In this document: positions 1 to 10,023 of the stretch, one piece after another
How the letters are laid out: each line of letters starts with the position of its first letter
Numbering within the stretch: position 1 is the first letter of the stretch
Assembly: GCF_003790525.1 (NCBI RefSeq)
Contig: NZ_CP033635.1
Length of the DNA: 64,000 nt
Strand: one strand, 5' to 3'
From: Escherichia coli
GTDB lineage: Bacteria; Pseudomonadota; Gammaproteobacteria; Enterobacterales; Enterobacteriaceae
Translations under genes and position numbers: made by a program
The notes under the pieces: model-generated
What the model was told of the DNA's origin: nothing
Seen by the model: the letters and a program-made list of their open reading frames with translations, nothing else
The model's database searches: none

Positions 1-706
1 CCGTCATACGCCGTTGAATAACATAGTTAATAGGGGAAATACGATACTCTTTGGTAAATTCATGGCAGATATAACTGACGCTGGCACGAAATTTTTTCGA
101 TAACTGCTCTAAAGTGATTTTTTCGCGATAGTTATTATTCAGATAGAAAAGAATATCTTTTATCAGAACATCTTTTTTAATATATCCCTGCTCCGAACGA
201 TAAGCATTTTTAAAGTTTTCGTAGTAAAGAATTGCTAACGTATAGGCAAATGCGTCCCATAACGAAGATGTTTGGCTATTTTTACTTTGCGGCAAAATCA
301 CACTTAGCTCATTAAATAAGGTTTTAATGACTTCTTTTCCCTGCCCTGCGGCAATTACCGGGCAAGAATGCGGTTGCAGTAGCTGATTTTCCTCAGCCCC
401 CTGAAACTGAAAGCCGTACAGCGCACAGGTACACGTCGTTGCCGGATCGTTAACGTCAGAGGCCACCGCATGCAGCCTGCCACGTTCTATCACCACAATG
501 TCATCGGCATGCGCGACATATAACGAAGAATCGATGGTAAACCTTGCTACCCCTTTCTTGACGTAAATCAGCTCGGTTTCATTGTCATGAACGTGATGTC
601 CGGACTCCCATTTTGGATCATCGCTAAATGCGAAACGTGAAAGCCGTGGCGTTTTACCGGCGACAAACAGCGTTTCACTGGCATTATCAAAACAGCGTTG
701 ATACAT
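1..706 (-). CDS. ydiP: AraC-family transcriptional regulator, N-terminal portion only (3' end of gene lies before window start)
   Basis: Reverse-strand reading from ATG at 704-706 gives MYQRCFDNASETLFVAGKTPRLSRFAFSDDPKWESGHHVHDNE..., a cupin-type sensor domain, and the AraC-type HTH (..EFTKEYRISPINYVIQRRMT) runs off the window edge. Divergent from ydiQ as in K-12. Confidence 0.7.
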   Translation of the reverse strand, partial: MYQRCFDNASETLFVAGKTPRLSRFAFSDDPKWESGHHVHDNETELIYVKKGVARFTIDSSLYVAHADDIVVIERGRLHAVASDVNDPATTCTCALYGFQFQGAEENQLLQPHSCPVIAAGQGKEVIKTLFNELSVILPQSKNSQTSSLWDAFAYTLAILYYENFKNAYRSEQGYIKKDVLIKDILFYLNNNYREKITLEQLSKKFRASVSYICHEFTKEYRISPINYVIQRRMT

Positions 707-1021
707 GACAACCTCCCTATTCCATGAGCAAGCAAAAACAATATATGCCGGATAAAATACGGCGTGTATTGCGGTTATACAACCGCGTTTAGCGAGAGCT
801 AAACAAGATTATTTACACTGAATGCAAGATTGTACGGTCATGGAATAACTATATTGCCGCAAATTGCACTTTTGTTTTAGCGATCGCATTTTTTTTGCAA
901 GATTGTTGGCAAGGAAAACAGCTTGCTCCGTCGAAAACCCCGCACCGCTATCGCACACTATTTTCAGGCCATATTTACCTTCCATCGGAGATGGTTCCGT
1001 ATGCGACTCACAGGAGAAATC

Positions 1022-1786
1022 ATGAAAATAATAACCTGCTTTAAGCTGGTGCCTGAAGAACAGGACATTGTTGTCACTCCAGAATATACCCTGAATTTCG
1101 ACAATGCCGACGCCAAAATCAGCCAGTTCGATCTCAATGCCATTGAAGCTGCAAGCCAGCTTGCATCAGATGACGATGAGATAGCCGCGCTGACCATTGG
1201 CGGCTCATTGTTGCAGAACTCGAAAGTGCGAAAAGACGTGCTATCCCGCGGGCCGCATAGCCTGTATTTGGTGCAGGATGCGCAACTTGAACATGCACTG
1301 CCTCTCGATACCGCAAAGGCGCTGGCGGCAGCAGTTGAAAAGATCGGCTTCGATTTACTGATCTTTGGTGAAGGTTCCGGCGACCTTTATGCCCAGCAGG
1401 TTGGCTTGCTGGTCGGAGAAATTCTGCAACTTCCGGTGATTAATGCAGTGAGTGCTATTCAGCGTCAGGGCAATACACTGGTGATTGAACGCACGCTTGA
1501 AGATGATGTTGAAGTTATTGAGCTCTCTGTTCCAGCCGTGCTCTGCGTCACCTCCGATATTAACATGCCACGCATTCCTTCGATGAAAGCCATTCTCGGC
1601 GCGGGTAAAAAACCGGTAAATCAGTGGCAGGCAAGTGACATTGGCTGGAGCCAGAGCGCACCACTTGCTGAACTGACCGGTATTCGCGTACCGCCGCAAA
1701 CAGAACGTAAGCACATCATTCTCGATAACGATTCGCCGGAGGCCATTGCCGAGCTGGCGGAACATCTGAAGAAAGCCCTGAACTGA
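1022..1786 (+). CDS. ydiQ: Electron-transfer-flavoprotein beta-subunit-like protein
   Basis: Track ORF 923..1786 trimmed to the ATG at 1022 (MKIITCFKLVPEEQDIVV...), giving 254 aa, which matches E. coli YdiQ. Confidence 0.9.
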   Translation: MKIITCFKLVPEEQDIVVTPEYTLNFDNADAKISQFDLNAIEAASQLASDDDEIAALTIGGSLLQNSKVRKDVLSRGPHSLYLVQDAQLEHALPLDTAKALAAAVEKIGFDLLIFGEGSGDLYAQQVGLLVGEILQLPVINAVSAIQRQGNTLVIERTLEDDVEVIELSVPAVLCVTSDINMPRIPSMKAILGAGKKPVNQWQASDIGWSQSAPLAELTGIRVPPQTERKHIILDNDSPEAIAELAEHLKKALN

Positions 1787-1805
1787 AGTCTACGGAGAAG
1801 AAACG

Positions 1806-2744
1806 ATGAGTCAATTAAACAGCGTCTGGGTCTTTAGCGATAATCCTGAACGTTATGCTGAACTGTTTGGCGGCGCTCAGCAATGGGGCCAACAGGTGTA
1901 TGCCATTGTACAAAATACCGAGCAGGCGCAGGCAGTTATGCCTTATGGGCCAAAATGCATTTATGTTCTTGAGCAAAACGACGCGCTGCAACGTACTGAA
2001 AATTACGCCGAAAGCATTGCTGCCCTGCTGAAAGATAAACACCCCGCTATGTTGCTGTTGGCCGCGACGAAACGTGGTAAAGCTCTGGCAGCACGGTTAA
2101 GTGTGCAACTGAATGCGGCGCTGGTGAACGATGCCACGGCGGTGGATATTGTCGATGGTCACATTTGCGCCGAACACCGGATGTATGGCGGGTTAGCGTT
2201 CGCACAGGAAAAGATCAACAGCCCGCTGGCGATCATTACCCTTGCACCCGGTGTTCAGGAACCGTGCACCCGTGATACCTCTCATCAGTGCCCGACAGAA
2301 ACGGTACCTTATGTTGCCCCGCGTCATGAAATTCTCTGTCGCGAACGCCGTGCGAAAGCGGCAAGCAGCGTGGACCTGAGCAAAGCAAAACGTGTGGTTG
2401 GCGTCGGTCGTGGTCTGGCGGCGCAGGATGACCTGAAAATGGTCCACGAACTGGCGGCAGTGCTGAATGCTGAAGTCGGCTGTTCACGTCCAATTGCCGA
2501 AGGCGAGAACTGGATGGAGCGTGAACGTTATATCGGTGTCTCCGGCGTGTTGCTGAAATCCGATCTCTACCTGACGCTGGGGATCTCCGGGCAGATCCAG
2601 CATATGGTTGGCGGCAACGGCGCAAAAGTGATTGTCGCCATCAATAAAGATAAAAATGCGCCAATCTTCAACTATGCCGACTACGGTCTGGTGGGCGATA
2701 TCTACAAAGTCGTCCCTGCCCTGATTAGCCAGTTGAGTCGCTAA
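1806..2744 (+). CDS. ydiR: Electron-transfer-flavoprotein alpha-subunit-like protein
   Basis: 312-aa ORF (MSQLNSVWVFSDNPERYAELFGG...) of the ETF alpha/FixB family, 20 bp after ydiQ. Confidence 0.9.
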   Translation: MSQLNSVWVFSDNPERYAELFGGAQQWGQQVYAIVQNTEQAQAVMPYGPKCIYVLEQNDALQRTENYAESIAALLKDKHPAMLLLAATKRGKALAARLSVQLNAALVNDATAVDIVDGHICAEHRMYGGLAFAQEKINSPLAIITLAPGVQEPCTRDTSHQCPTETVPYVAPRHEILCRERRAKAASSVDLSKAKRVVGVGRGLAAQDDLKMVHELAAVLNAEVGCSRPIAEGENWMERERYIGVSGVLLKSDLYLTLGISGQIQHMVGGNGAKVIVAINKDKNAPIFNYADYGLVGDIYKVVPALISQLSR

Positions 2745-2798
2745 TTCCCTTTCAACCACATCTCCCGCTGTAAACGCAGCGGGAAGGGAGCATAACGC

Positions 2799-4088
2799 AT
2801 GTCGGATGACAAATTTGATGCCATTGTGGTCGGTGCGGGCGTTGCCGGTAGCGTTGCCGCACTGGTCATGGCGCAAGCCGGGCTGGATGTCCTGGTGATA
2901 GAACGCGGCGACAGTGCCGGATGTAAAAACATGACCGGCGGGCGTCTTTATGCCCACACACTTGAAGCGATTATTCCAGGCTTTGCAGCATCAGCGCCGG
3001 TAGAACGCAAGGTCACACGCGAGAAAATCTCCTTCTTAACCGATGAGAGTGCCGTTACCCTCGATTTTCACCGCGAGCAACCAGATGTTCCGCAACACGC
3101 GTCTTATACCGTATTGCGTAATCGTCTGGACCCGTGGTTGATGGAACAAGCCGAACAGGCTGGCGCGCAGTTTATCCCGGGCGTTCGTGTCGATGCGCTG
3201 GTTCGTGAAGGAAATAAGGTCACTGGCGTCCAGGCCGGGGATGATATTCTCGAAGCGAATGTGGTGATTCTGGCTGATGGCGTTAACTCGATGCTTGGCC
3301 GCTCGCTGGGAATGGTTCCCGCTTCCGATCCGCATCATTACGCTGTTGGTGTTAAAGAGGTTATTGGCCTCACACCAGAACAGATCAAGGATCGCTTTAA
3401 TATTACGGGCGAGGAAGGTGCCGCCTGGCTGTTTGCCGGTTCCCCTTCTGACGGCCTGATGGGCGGCGGATTCCTCTATACCAATAAGGATTCCATATCG
3501 TTGGGGCTGGTTTGTGGATTGGGTGATATCGCCCATGCGCAAAAAAGCGTGCCGCAAATGCTGGAAGATTTTAAACAACACCCCGCCATTCACCCGCTGA
3601 TTAGCGGCGGCAAACTGCTTGAATATTCCGCGCATATGGTGCCGGAGGGCGGTCTGGCAATGGTGCCGCAGCTGGTTAACGATGGCGTGATGATCGTTGG
3701 TGACGCCGCAGGCTTCTGCCTGAATTTGGGTTTTACAGTTCGCGGCATGGATTTAGCCATTGCATCAGCTCAGGCTGCCGCCACAACAGTGATTGCAGCC
3801 AAAGAACGCGCGGATTTCTCCGCCAGCAGTCTGGCGCAATACAAACGTGAGCTGGAACAAAGCTGCGTCATGCGTGATATGCAGCATTTTCGCAAGATCC
3901 CGGCGCTGATGGAAAATCCGCGCCTGTTTAGTCAGTATCCGCGCATGGTCGCCGACATCATGAACGAGATGTTCACCATTGACGGCAAACCAAACCAGCC
4001 GGTACGCAAAATGATCATGGGACACGCGAAGAAAATTGGGCTGATCAACTTGCTGAAAGATGGCATTAAGGGAGCAACCGCGCTATGA
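2799..4088 (+). CDS. ydiS: FAD-dependent oxidoreductase (ETF-quinone oxidoreductase/FixC-like)
   Basis: 429-aa ORF with an N-terminal FAD-binding motif (AIVVGAGVAGSVAA). Confidence 0.9.
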   Translation: MSDDKFDAIVVGAGVAGSVAALVMAQAGLDVLVIERGDSAGCKNMTGGRLYAHTLEAIIPGFAASAPVERKVTREKISFLTDESAVTLDFHREQPDVPQHASYTVLRNRLDPWLMEQAEQAGAQFIPGVRVDALVREGNKVTGVQAGDDILEANVVILADGVNSMLGRSLGMVPASDPHHYAVGVKEVIGLTPEQIKDRFNITGEEGAAWLFAGSPSDGLMGGGFLYTNKDSISLGLVCGLGDIAHAQKSVPQMLEDFKQHPAIHPLISGGKLLEYSAHMVPEGGLAMVPQLVNDGVMIVGDAAGFCLNLGFTVRGMDLAIASAQAAATTVIAAKERADFSASSLAQYKRELEQSCVMRDMQHFRKIPALMENPRLFSQYPRMVADIMNEMFTIDGKPNQPVRKMIMGHAKKIGLINLLKDGIKGATAL

Positions 4089-4378
4089 GCCAGAACGCTA
4101 CGGTTAACGTCGACATCAAATTAGGCGTCAATAAATTCCATGTTGATGAGGGACACCCGCATATCATTTTGGCGGCAAATCCCGATATCAATGAATTCCG
4201 TAAATTAATGAAAGCTTGCCCTGCCGGACTTTATAAGCAGGATGACGCAGGAAACATTCATTTCGATTCCGCCGGTTGTCTGGAGTGCGGCACCTGTCGG
4301 GTGCTGTGCGGCAACACTATTCTCGAACAGTGGCAATATCCCGCAGGCACCTTCGGTATTGATTTTCGCTACGGCTAA
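4085..4378 (+). CDS. ydiT: Ferredoxin-like protein (FixX-like)
   Basis: 97-aa ORF overlapping the ydiS stop by 4 nt, with a Cys cluster (CLECGTCRVLC). Confidence 0.85.
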   Translation: MSQNATVNVDIKLGVNKFHVDEGHPHIILAANPDINEFRKLMKACPAGLYKQDDAGNIHFDSAGCLECGTCRVLCGNTILEQWQYPAGTFGIDFRYG

Positions 4379-4380
4379 TC

Positions 4381-6075
4381 ATGCATCCCACAGGCCCGCA
4401 TCTCGGGCCTGATGTTCTGTTTCGAGAGTCCAAAATGAAAGTGACATTAACGTTTAACGAACAACGTCGTGCGGCGTATCGTCAGCAAGGGCTATGGGGC
4501 GATGCTTCGCTGGCCGATTACTGGCAGCAGACCGCTCGTGCGATGCCAGACAAAATTGCCGTGGTCGATAATCATGGTGCATCATACACCTATAGCGCGC
4601 TCGATCACGCCGCGAGCTGTCTGGCAAACTGGATGTTGACGAAGGGTATTGAATCAGGCGATCGCATCGCATTTCAACTGCCTGGCTGGTGTGAATTTAC
4701 CGTTATCTATCTTGCCTGCCTGAAAATCGGTGCGGTTTCCGTACCGCTGTTGCCTTCCTGGCGGGAAGCAGAACTAGTATGGGTACTCAATAAGTGTCAG
4801 GCAAAAATGTTCTTTGCACCGACGTTGTTTAAACAAACGCGTCCGGTAGATTTAATCCTGCCGCTGCAAAATCAGCTTCCACAACTACAACAAATTGTCG
4901 GCGTGGACAAACTGGCTCCCGCCACCTCTTCCCTCTCATTAAGTCAGATTCTCGCCGACAATACCCCACTGACTACGGCGATAACGACCCACGGCGATGA
5001 ATTAGCCGCTGTGCTATTTACCTCCGGAACCGAGGGTCTGCCAAAGGGCGTGATGCTAACGCATAACAATATTCTCGCCAGTGAGCGGGCTTATTGCGCG
5101 CGGCTGAATCTGACCTGGCAGGATGTCTTTATGATGCCTGCGCCACTTGGTCACGCAACGGGCTTTCTGCATGGCGTAACAGCACCATTTTTAATTGGTG
5201 CTCGCAGCGTGTTGTTAGATATTTTCACTCCTGCTGCGTGTCTCGCGCTGCTTGAGCAGCAGCGTTGCACCTGTATGCTCGGCGCAACGCCGTTTGTCTA
5301 TGATCTTTTGAATTTACTAGAGAAACAGCCCGCAGACCTTTCAGCGCTGCGTTTCTTTCTTTGTGGCGGTACCACAATCCCCAAAAAAGTGGCGCGTGAA
5401 TGCCAGCAGCGCGGCATTAAATTATTAAGTGTTTATGGTTCCACAGAAAGTTCGCCGCATGCGGTGGTGAATCTCGATGATCCTTTGTCGCGCTTTATGC
5501 ACACCGATGGTTACGCTGCCGCAGGTGTAGAGATTAAAGTGGTCGATGGCGCACGCAAGACCTTACCGCCAGGTTGCGAAGGTGAAGAAGCCTCGCGTGG
5601 CCCCAATGTGTTTATGGGGTATTTTGATGAACCTGAATTAACCGCCCATGCCCTGGATGAAGAAGGCTGGTATTACAGCGGCGATCTCTGCCGCATGGAT
5701 GAGGCTGGCTATATAAAAATAACCGGGCGCAAGAAAGATATTATTGTCCGCGGCGGCGAAAATATTAGCAGCCGTGAAGTGGAAGATATTTTATTACAGC
5801 ATCCTAAAATTCACGATGCTTGTGTGGTTGCGATGCCCGATGAACGCTTAGGTGAACGTTCATGCGCTTATGTCGTGCTGAAAGCACCGCATCATTCATT
5901 ATCGCTGGAAGATGTAGTGGCATTTTTTAGCCGTAAACGGGTCGCGAAATATAAATATCCTGAACATATCGTGGTAATCGAAAAACTACCGCGCACTGCC
6001 TCCGGTAAAATACAAAAATTTTTGTTACGTAAAGATATTCTTCAACGGCTGGAACAAACATGCGTTGAGGCATAA
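4381..6075 (+). CDS. fadK: Short-chain acyl-CoA synthetase
   Basis: 564-aa ORF with AMP-binding motifs (FTSGTEGLPKGV, ..YGSTE.., ..GYIKITGRKKD..). An internal start at MKVTL (about 4435) is also possible. Confidence 0.85.
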   Translation: MHPTGPHLGPDVLFRESKMKVTLTFNEQRRAAYRQQGLWGDASLADYWQQTARAMPDKIAVVDNHGASYTYSALDHAASCLANWMLTKGIESGDRIAFQLPGWCEFTVIYLACLKIGAVSVPLLPSWREAELVWVLNKCQAKMFFAPTLFKQTRPVDLILPLQNQLPQLQQIVGVDKLAPATSSLSLSQILADNTPLTTAITTHGDELAAVLFTSGTEGLPKGVMLTHNNILASERAYCARLNLTWQDVFMMPAPLGHATGFLHGVTAPFLIGARSVLLDIFTPAACLALLEQQRCTCMLGATPFVYDLLNLLEKQPADLSALRFFLCGGTTIPKKVARECQQRGIKLLSVYGSTESSPHAVVNLDDPLSRFMHTDGYAAAGVEIKVVDGARKTLPPGCEGEEASRGPNVFMGYFDEPELTAHALDEEGWYYSGDLCRMDEAGYIKITGRKKDIIVRGGENISSREVEDILLQHPKIHDACVVAMPDERLGERSCAYVVLKAPHHSLSLEDVVAFFSRKRVAKYKYPEHIVVIEKLPRTASGKIQKFLLRKDILQRLEQTCVEA

Positions 6076-6087
6076 GTCATAAATAAT

Positions 6088-6117
6088 AAAGCACCTTACA
6101 CGCAAGGTGCTTTATTC
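6088..6117. terminator. Bidirectional rho-independent terminator between convergent fadK and the SDR gene
   Basis: Hairpin aaagcacctt-acacgc-aaggtgcttt, flanked by an A-run upstream and T-rich sequence downstream. Confidence 0.55.
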
Positions 6118-6125
6118 AATCTCGA

Positions 6126-6869
6126 TTAACCACGTCCGACATACGGCATATTATTTGCCATAATCGTTATTTCCAGCACATTCGTGGTTACTGGCAACTG
6201 AGCCATCATCTGAATGGTCGCTGCAACATCAGCAACATTCATCATATCTTCCGCTTTAATAGCACCATCTGCCTGATAAACGCCCTTACGCATCCGATTC
6301 GATAATGTCGTTTCCGCATTGCCGATATTAATTTGCCCGCAAGCGATATTAAATTTGCGACAATCCAGGGAAATGGCCTTGGTCAACCCGGTAACAGCAT
6401 GTTTCGACGCCGTGTATGGCGCAGTATAGAGGCGCGGCGTCAGTGCAGAAATCGACGCATTGTTAATAATACGTCCTCCCATTGGCTGCTGCGCTTTCAT
6501 GATTTTAATCGCCTCTTTCGAACACAAAAATGTCGAATGAATATTGGCGTTAAACACGCGCGTCCACTCAGTAAACTCAACCTCTTCAATACTTTTTGCC
6601 GGACTATTATTGCCCGCATTTTTGAACAAGAGATCCAGTCGACCAAAAAGAGCCTTAATCTCGGCAAATAGCGCAACGACAGCGGACTCATCCGTGACAT
6701 CGGCAACCAGAGGAATAAAGCGTTCCTTGGCTAATCCTTGTGCACATTGCTGTAAGGTTTCTTCGTTACGCGCGGCAACAATAACTGTATATCCAATGTC
6801 ATAGAGTGCCTTTGCTGCTGCGTAGCCGATGCCTTTACTTCCCCCCGTCACCAGGGCAATTTTTGTCAT
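6126..6869 (-). CDS. Short-chain dehydrogenase/reductase (SDR) family oxidoreductase
   Basis: 247-aa ORF with TGGSKGIG Rossmann motif, NAG motif and catalytic YTASK. No equivalent gene is recalled at this position in K-12. Confidence 0.8.
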   Translation of the reverse strand: MTKIALVTGGSKGIGYAAAKALYDIGYTVIVAARNEETLQQCAQGLAKERFIPLVADVTDESAVVALFAEIKALFGRLDLLFKNAGNNSPAKSIEEVEFTEWTRVFNANIHSTFLCSKEAIKIMKAQQPMGGRIINNASISALTPRLYTAPYTASKHAVTGLTKAISLDCRKFNIACGQINIGNAETTLSNRMRKGVYQADGAIKAEDMMNVADVAATIQMMAQLPVTTNVLEITIMANNMPYVGRG

Positions 6870-6881
6870 AGCCAGCTCCGC

Positions 6882-7361
6882 CTATAATAAACTCATGTCG
6901 ATTTTCACGACTGTTTTTTTGATTTTTTCCACGTTATCGATTTTATAGCATGCCCGATGCACTTCTTCCGGAAAGACCACCACAAACTGTCCTGGTGTCA
7001 GCGTGATGATTCGATCATTAATACGTTCATCAGCATAAAAAATAACATCACGGTCGCCCAGGTGGCTTTCTACAACCGAGTTTTCCCCATCATCAAAATC
7101 CACACAAATCCGCTCTTCTCCGGCAATTAAAAAATGGACATCAAGATATTTACGATGAACTTCCGGTCGACATTCATGTAGTGGTTTAGTCATCGGTTCA
7201 ACCACGGTATAAAATATTGAGTCATCCTGAATAAAAACCTTCTCTCCCACAGGAAGACTATTCAGATCATGTTGTGAAAGATACTCAATGACACGAGTGA
7301 TGACAGGATGAAATGTCCGCTTTTGTTGTTCACTAAGATACGCGATATCACCATAAATCAT
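6882..7361 (-). CDS. YhcH/YjgK/YiaL (DUF386) family protein
   Basis: Track ORF 6882..7496 trimmed to the internal ATG (MIYGDIAYLSEQQKRTFHPVI...), about 159 aa. An RBS-like aaggcgga lies upstream, and the longer ORF would overlap the upstream dehydrogenase. Confidence 0.65.
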   Translation of the reverse strand: MIYGDIAYLSEQQKRTFHPVITRVIEYLSQHDLNSLPVGEKVFIQDDSIFYTVVEPMTKPLHECRPEVHRKYLDVHFLIAGEERICVDFDDGENSVVESHLGDRDVIFYADERINDRIITLTPGQFVVVFPEEVHRACYKIDNVEKIKKTVVKIDMSLL

Positions 7362-7371
7362 ATTTTCCGCC

Positions 7372-8330
7372 TTATTGAGTAACAGGGGTAATAACTGGCC
7401 GTCCGCTAAAGAAAGCCTGTAAGTTATCAAATACCAAATCCGCCATCGCATTAAACGTTTCGCTCGTACCACTGGCGATATGTGGCGTAAGGACAACGTT
7501 ATCCAGCGACATTAATTGTTCTGGCACATGTGGTTCGTTGGCATAAACGTCCAGTGCCGCACCAGCAATGATGTTATTTTGCAGAGCATCAATCAGATCG
7601 GTTTCGTTCACCACTGATCCCCGGGAAATACTGATCAAATGCCCGGTTTTCCCCAGAGCCTGCAGCACCGTTTTGTCAATAACGCCGCGCGTACTCGCGC
7701 CGCCTGGCAGCGTCAGAACGAGGAAGTCCACCGCTTGCGCCAGAGAAACCAACGAATCATGCGCCGTCCAATCAGGTTTGTTATGCGGTTTTGGGTCGAA
7801 ATAGTGAATTTCCATTTCAAATGCTGCTGCACGGCGGGCTACTGCGTTACCAATGTTCCCCAGACCGACAATTCCGCAACGTTTGCCACTCACTTTCGTC
7901 GCCATCGGGAAACGCCCCTCGTTTGGCCAACGGCCGTCACGAACATAACAATCGGCAATGTTAATACGTCGGGCAACATTGAGTAACAACGCTATACCAA
8001 TGTCTGCGACACAGTCATTAAGCACGCCAGGTGTGTTGGTGACGATAACGCCATGCTCCCTGGCTGCCACGATATCAATAGGGTCATAACCCACACCGTT
8101 GCTGGCAATAATCTTCAGATTCGGAATTTTTCTATTAGCGCCCGAGAAGCCCCCATTACCGGATTACCACTGGTCACCAGCGCCTGAATATCCGGCGCGA
8201 TTTGCGTGTAAAAAGCGCCTTCATCAGCCAGTTCCCACAGGCGATATGCGGTGAAGGTAGATTCAACTTTAGCCATTAAGCGGTCACTTAATTTGCCGAC
8301 GATCGCCACTTGAATATCTTTTAAGTTCAT
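7372..8330 (-). pseudogene. D-isomer-specific 2-hydroxyacid dehydrogenase (glyoxylate/hydroxypyruvate reductase-like), disrupted by a frameshift
   Basis: The N-terminal 71 aa (8115..8330, ..ALIEKFRI*) and the remaining 240 aa (7372..8094) are in different frames. Reading the second frame upstream restores the expected ..PNLKIIASNGVGYD.. motif, consistent with a 1-bp deletion near 8118-8127. Confidence 0.7.
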
Positions 8331-8365
8331 ACACTATTCCTTGATTGATGTTTGTCGCAGGCCAC

Positions 8366-9766
8366 TTACCACAGGCCAAGAATTTTCCACCACACCGCCC
8401 CCAGTCCGAACCAGATGGCAATGTTCAACAACATGACGATAAAGCCCAGCCGCCACCATTCTCGTTGCGAGACATAGCCAGCGCCGTAATAGATCACTGC
8501 GGGTCCGTTGCCATAATGCGAAATGCCGCTCATCAGGTTAGTGACGAACGCCAGTGACAGAGCCGCCATCATCGGCGGTGCGCCAGCAGCAACCGAGACG
8601 CTGCCAAAAGCGGCATACATCGCCACTACATGCGGCGTACTTCCGGCAAAGAAATAGTGGGAATAGCAGTAAACTATCAGCAACACCGTCAACGTTATCT
8701 CCCACGGAATGCCGGTGAACAGCGCCGAGGTTGTGACGGCAAACCATTTGAACAGGCCAAGCTGATTGAGCTTATCTGCCATACAGATCATGACTCCCAG
8801 CCAGACCAGAATGTCCCAGGCCCCCTTCTCTGACTGCACATCCTGCCAGGTGATAATCCGGGTCATCAACATTAAACAGACGCCAGAAAGCGCGACAGCC
8901 GTCGCATCCAGGCCAGTCCATTTCGATGTACTCCAGGCCAATAATGAAAGCAGGAAAATGCCAATTGTCACGCGCTCATCACGGGTTACCGGCCCCATTT
9001 TGATAAGTTCTTCCTGTGCCAACGCTTTGGCTTCTGGCGTCTTTTTGATCTCTGGCGGGTAGAGTTTGTAAATGACCAACGGCATAGTGATAAAAGCGAT
9101 AATGCCCGGCACCAGTGCGCTTAGCGTCCACATCCCCCATGAGATATCGACAAATAAAGTGCTGGCCGCCAGAGATACAATGAGTGCATTTGGCGCGCTG
9201 GCCGTCATAAACATCGAGGATGAGAGACAGTTGGAATGGAACACCGTCTGCATCAGATAAGCGCCTATTTTACGCGGCCCTTGATCCGGTTCAGATCCAA
9301 AGCTGTTAGAGACACTGCGAACAATCGGGAACAAAATCCCTCCTGCTCGCGCTGTGTTTGATGGCGTTGCGGGCGCGATAATCATATCGCTTAGCGCCAA
9401 TGTATAACCCAGACGCAACGAGCTGCCGCCAAATCCGCGAATCAGCAAATAGGCGATACGCCGCCCCAACCCCGTTTTGATGAATCCTTTCGCGTACAGG
9501 AATGCGGCGACAATAAGCCATACCGTCGTGCTGCTGAAACCTTTTAAGGCTTCGCTGGTTTTCATCATACCGGTCAGCATAATAAAACTGATGGCTATTA
9601 ACGCGATAGCGCCCACCGGCAACGGTTGCAGAATAAACGCCACCACAGTGGTGATAAATATGGCCAGAATGTGCCAGGTTAAGGGTGTTAATCCGTCGGG
9701 GACGGGGAAAAACCATATAGCGAGTGCGACAATCGCACAAATCAGGACTTTCAAATAGCAACTCAT
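8366..9766 (-). CDS. DASS-family anion permease (CitT/TtdT/YbhI-like di/tricarboxylate transporter)
   Basis: About 466-aa polytopic membrane ORF; the track starts at a TTG (9772), the first ATG is at 9766 with an aggga RBS-like sequence upstream. First gene of a four-gene minus-strand operon. Confidence 0.8.
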   Translation of the reverse strand: MSCYLKVLICAIVALAIWFFPVPDGLTPLTWHILAIFITTVVAFILQPLPVGAIALIAISFIMLTGMMKTSEALKGFSSTTVWLIVAAFLYAKGFIKTGLGRRIAYLLIRGFGGSSLRLGYTLALSDMIIAPATPSNTARAGGILFPIVRSVSNSFGSEPDQGPRKIGAYLMQTVFHSNCLSSSMFMTASAPNALIVSLAASTLFVDISWGMWTLSALVPGIIAFITMPLVIYKLYPPEIKKTPEAKALAQEELIKMGPVTRDERVTIGIFLLSLLAWSTSKWTGLDATAVALSGVCLMLMTRIITWQDVQSEKGAWDILVWLGVMICMADKLNQLGLFKWFAVTTSALFTGIPWEITLTVLLIVYCYSHYFFAGSTPHVVAMYAAFGSVSVAAGAPPMMAALSLAFVTNLMSGISHYGNGPAVIYYGAGYVSQREWWRLGFIVMLLNIAIWFGLGAVWWKILGLW

Positions 9767-10023
9767 ATGCAATCCCTGTAGCTGTTTCCCACCGCTCGCG
9801 GAGGGAATTTATCCTGTTTTCTGTACAGCCAGACAAATCAGAAAATCGGTTTTAGTTCGAATAAATTCTCTGAATTACATAATCTGCGCTTATGTCTGAA
9901 TAACGGTGCGGTAATTTTTCATGGCCATATCCCTTTTTATGCTGTGGTTGAAGATAGTATAAAAACGGGACTCATCAGTGACTTCGTGCAATCCAACGAA
10001 CTCTGGACGAAAAAATTACGCAT

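Noticed and set aside
4381-4434. Shortening fadK to start at the internal MKVTL methionine
   Set aside because: Both starts are plausible. The longer ORF is kept because I recall the annotated E. coli FadK beginning MHPTGPHLGPD, but this is from memory and not verified.
6882-7496. Full 204-aa track ORF for the YhcH/DUF386 gene
   Set aside because: The N-terminal 45 codons overlap the 3' end of the upstream dehydrogenase and are not family-like. An internal ATG with an RBS gives a protein of typical DUF386 length.
8115-8330. 71-aa ORF as an independent small gene
   Set aside because: It is the N-terminal substrate-binding segment of the 2-hydroxyacid dehydrogenase, separated from the rest by a 1-bp frameshift.
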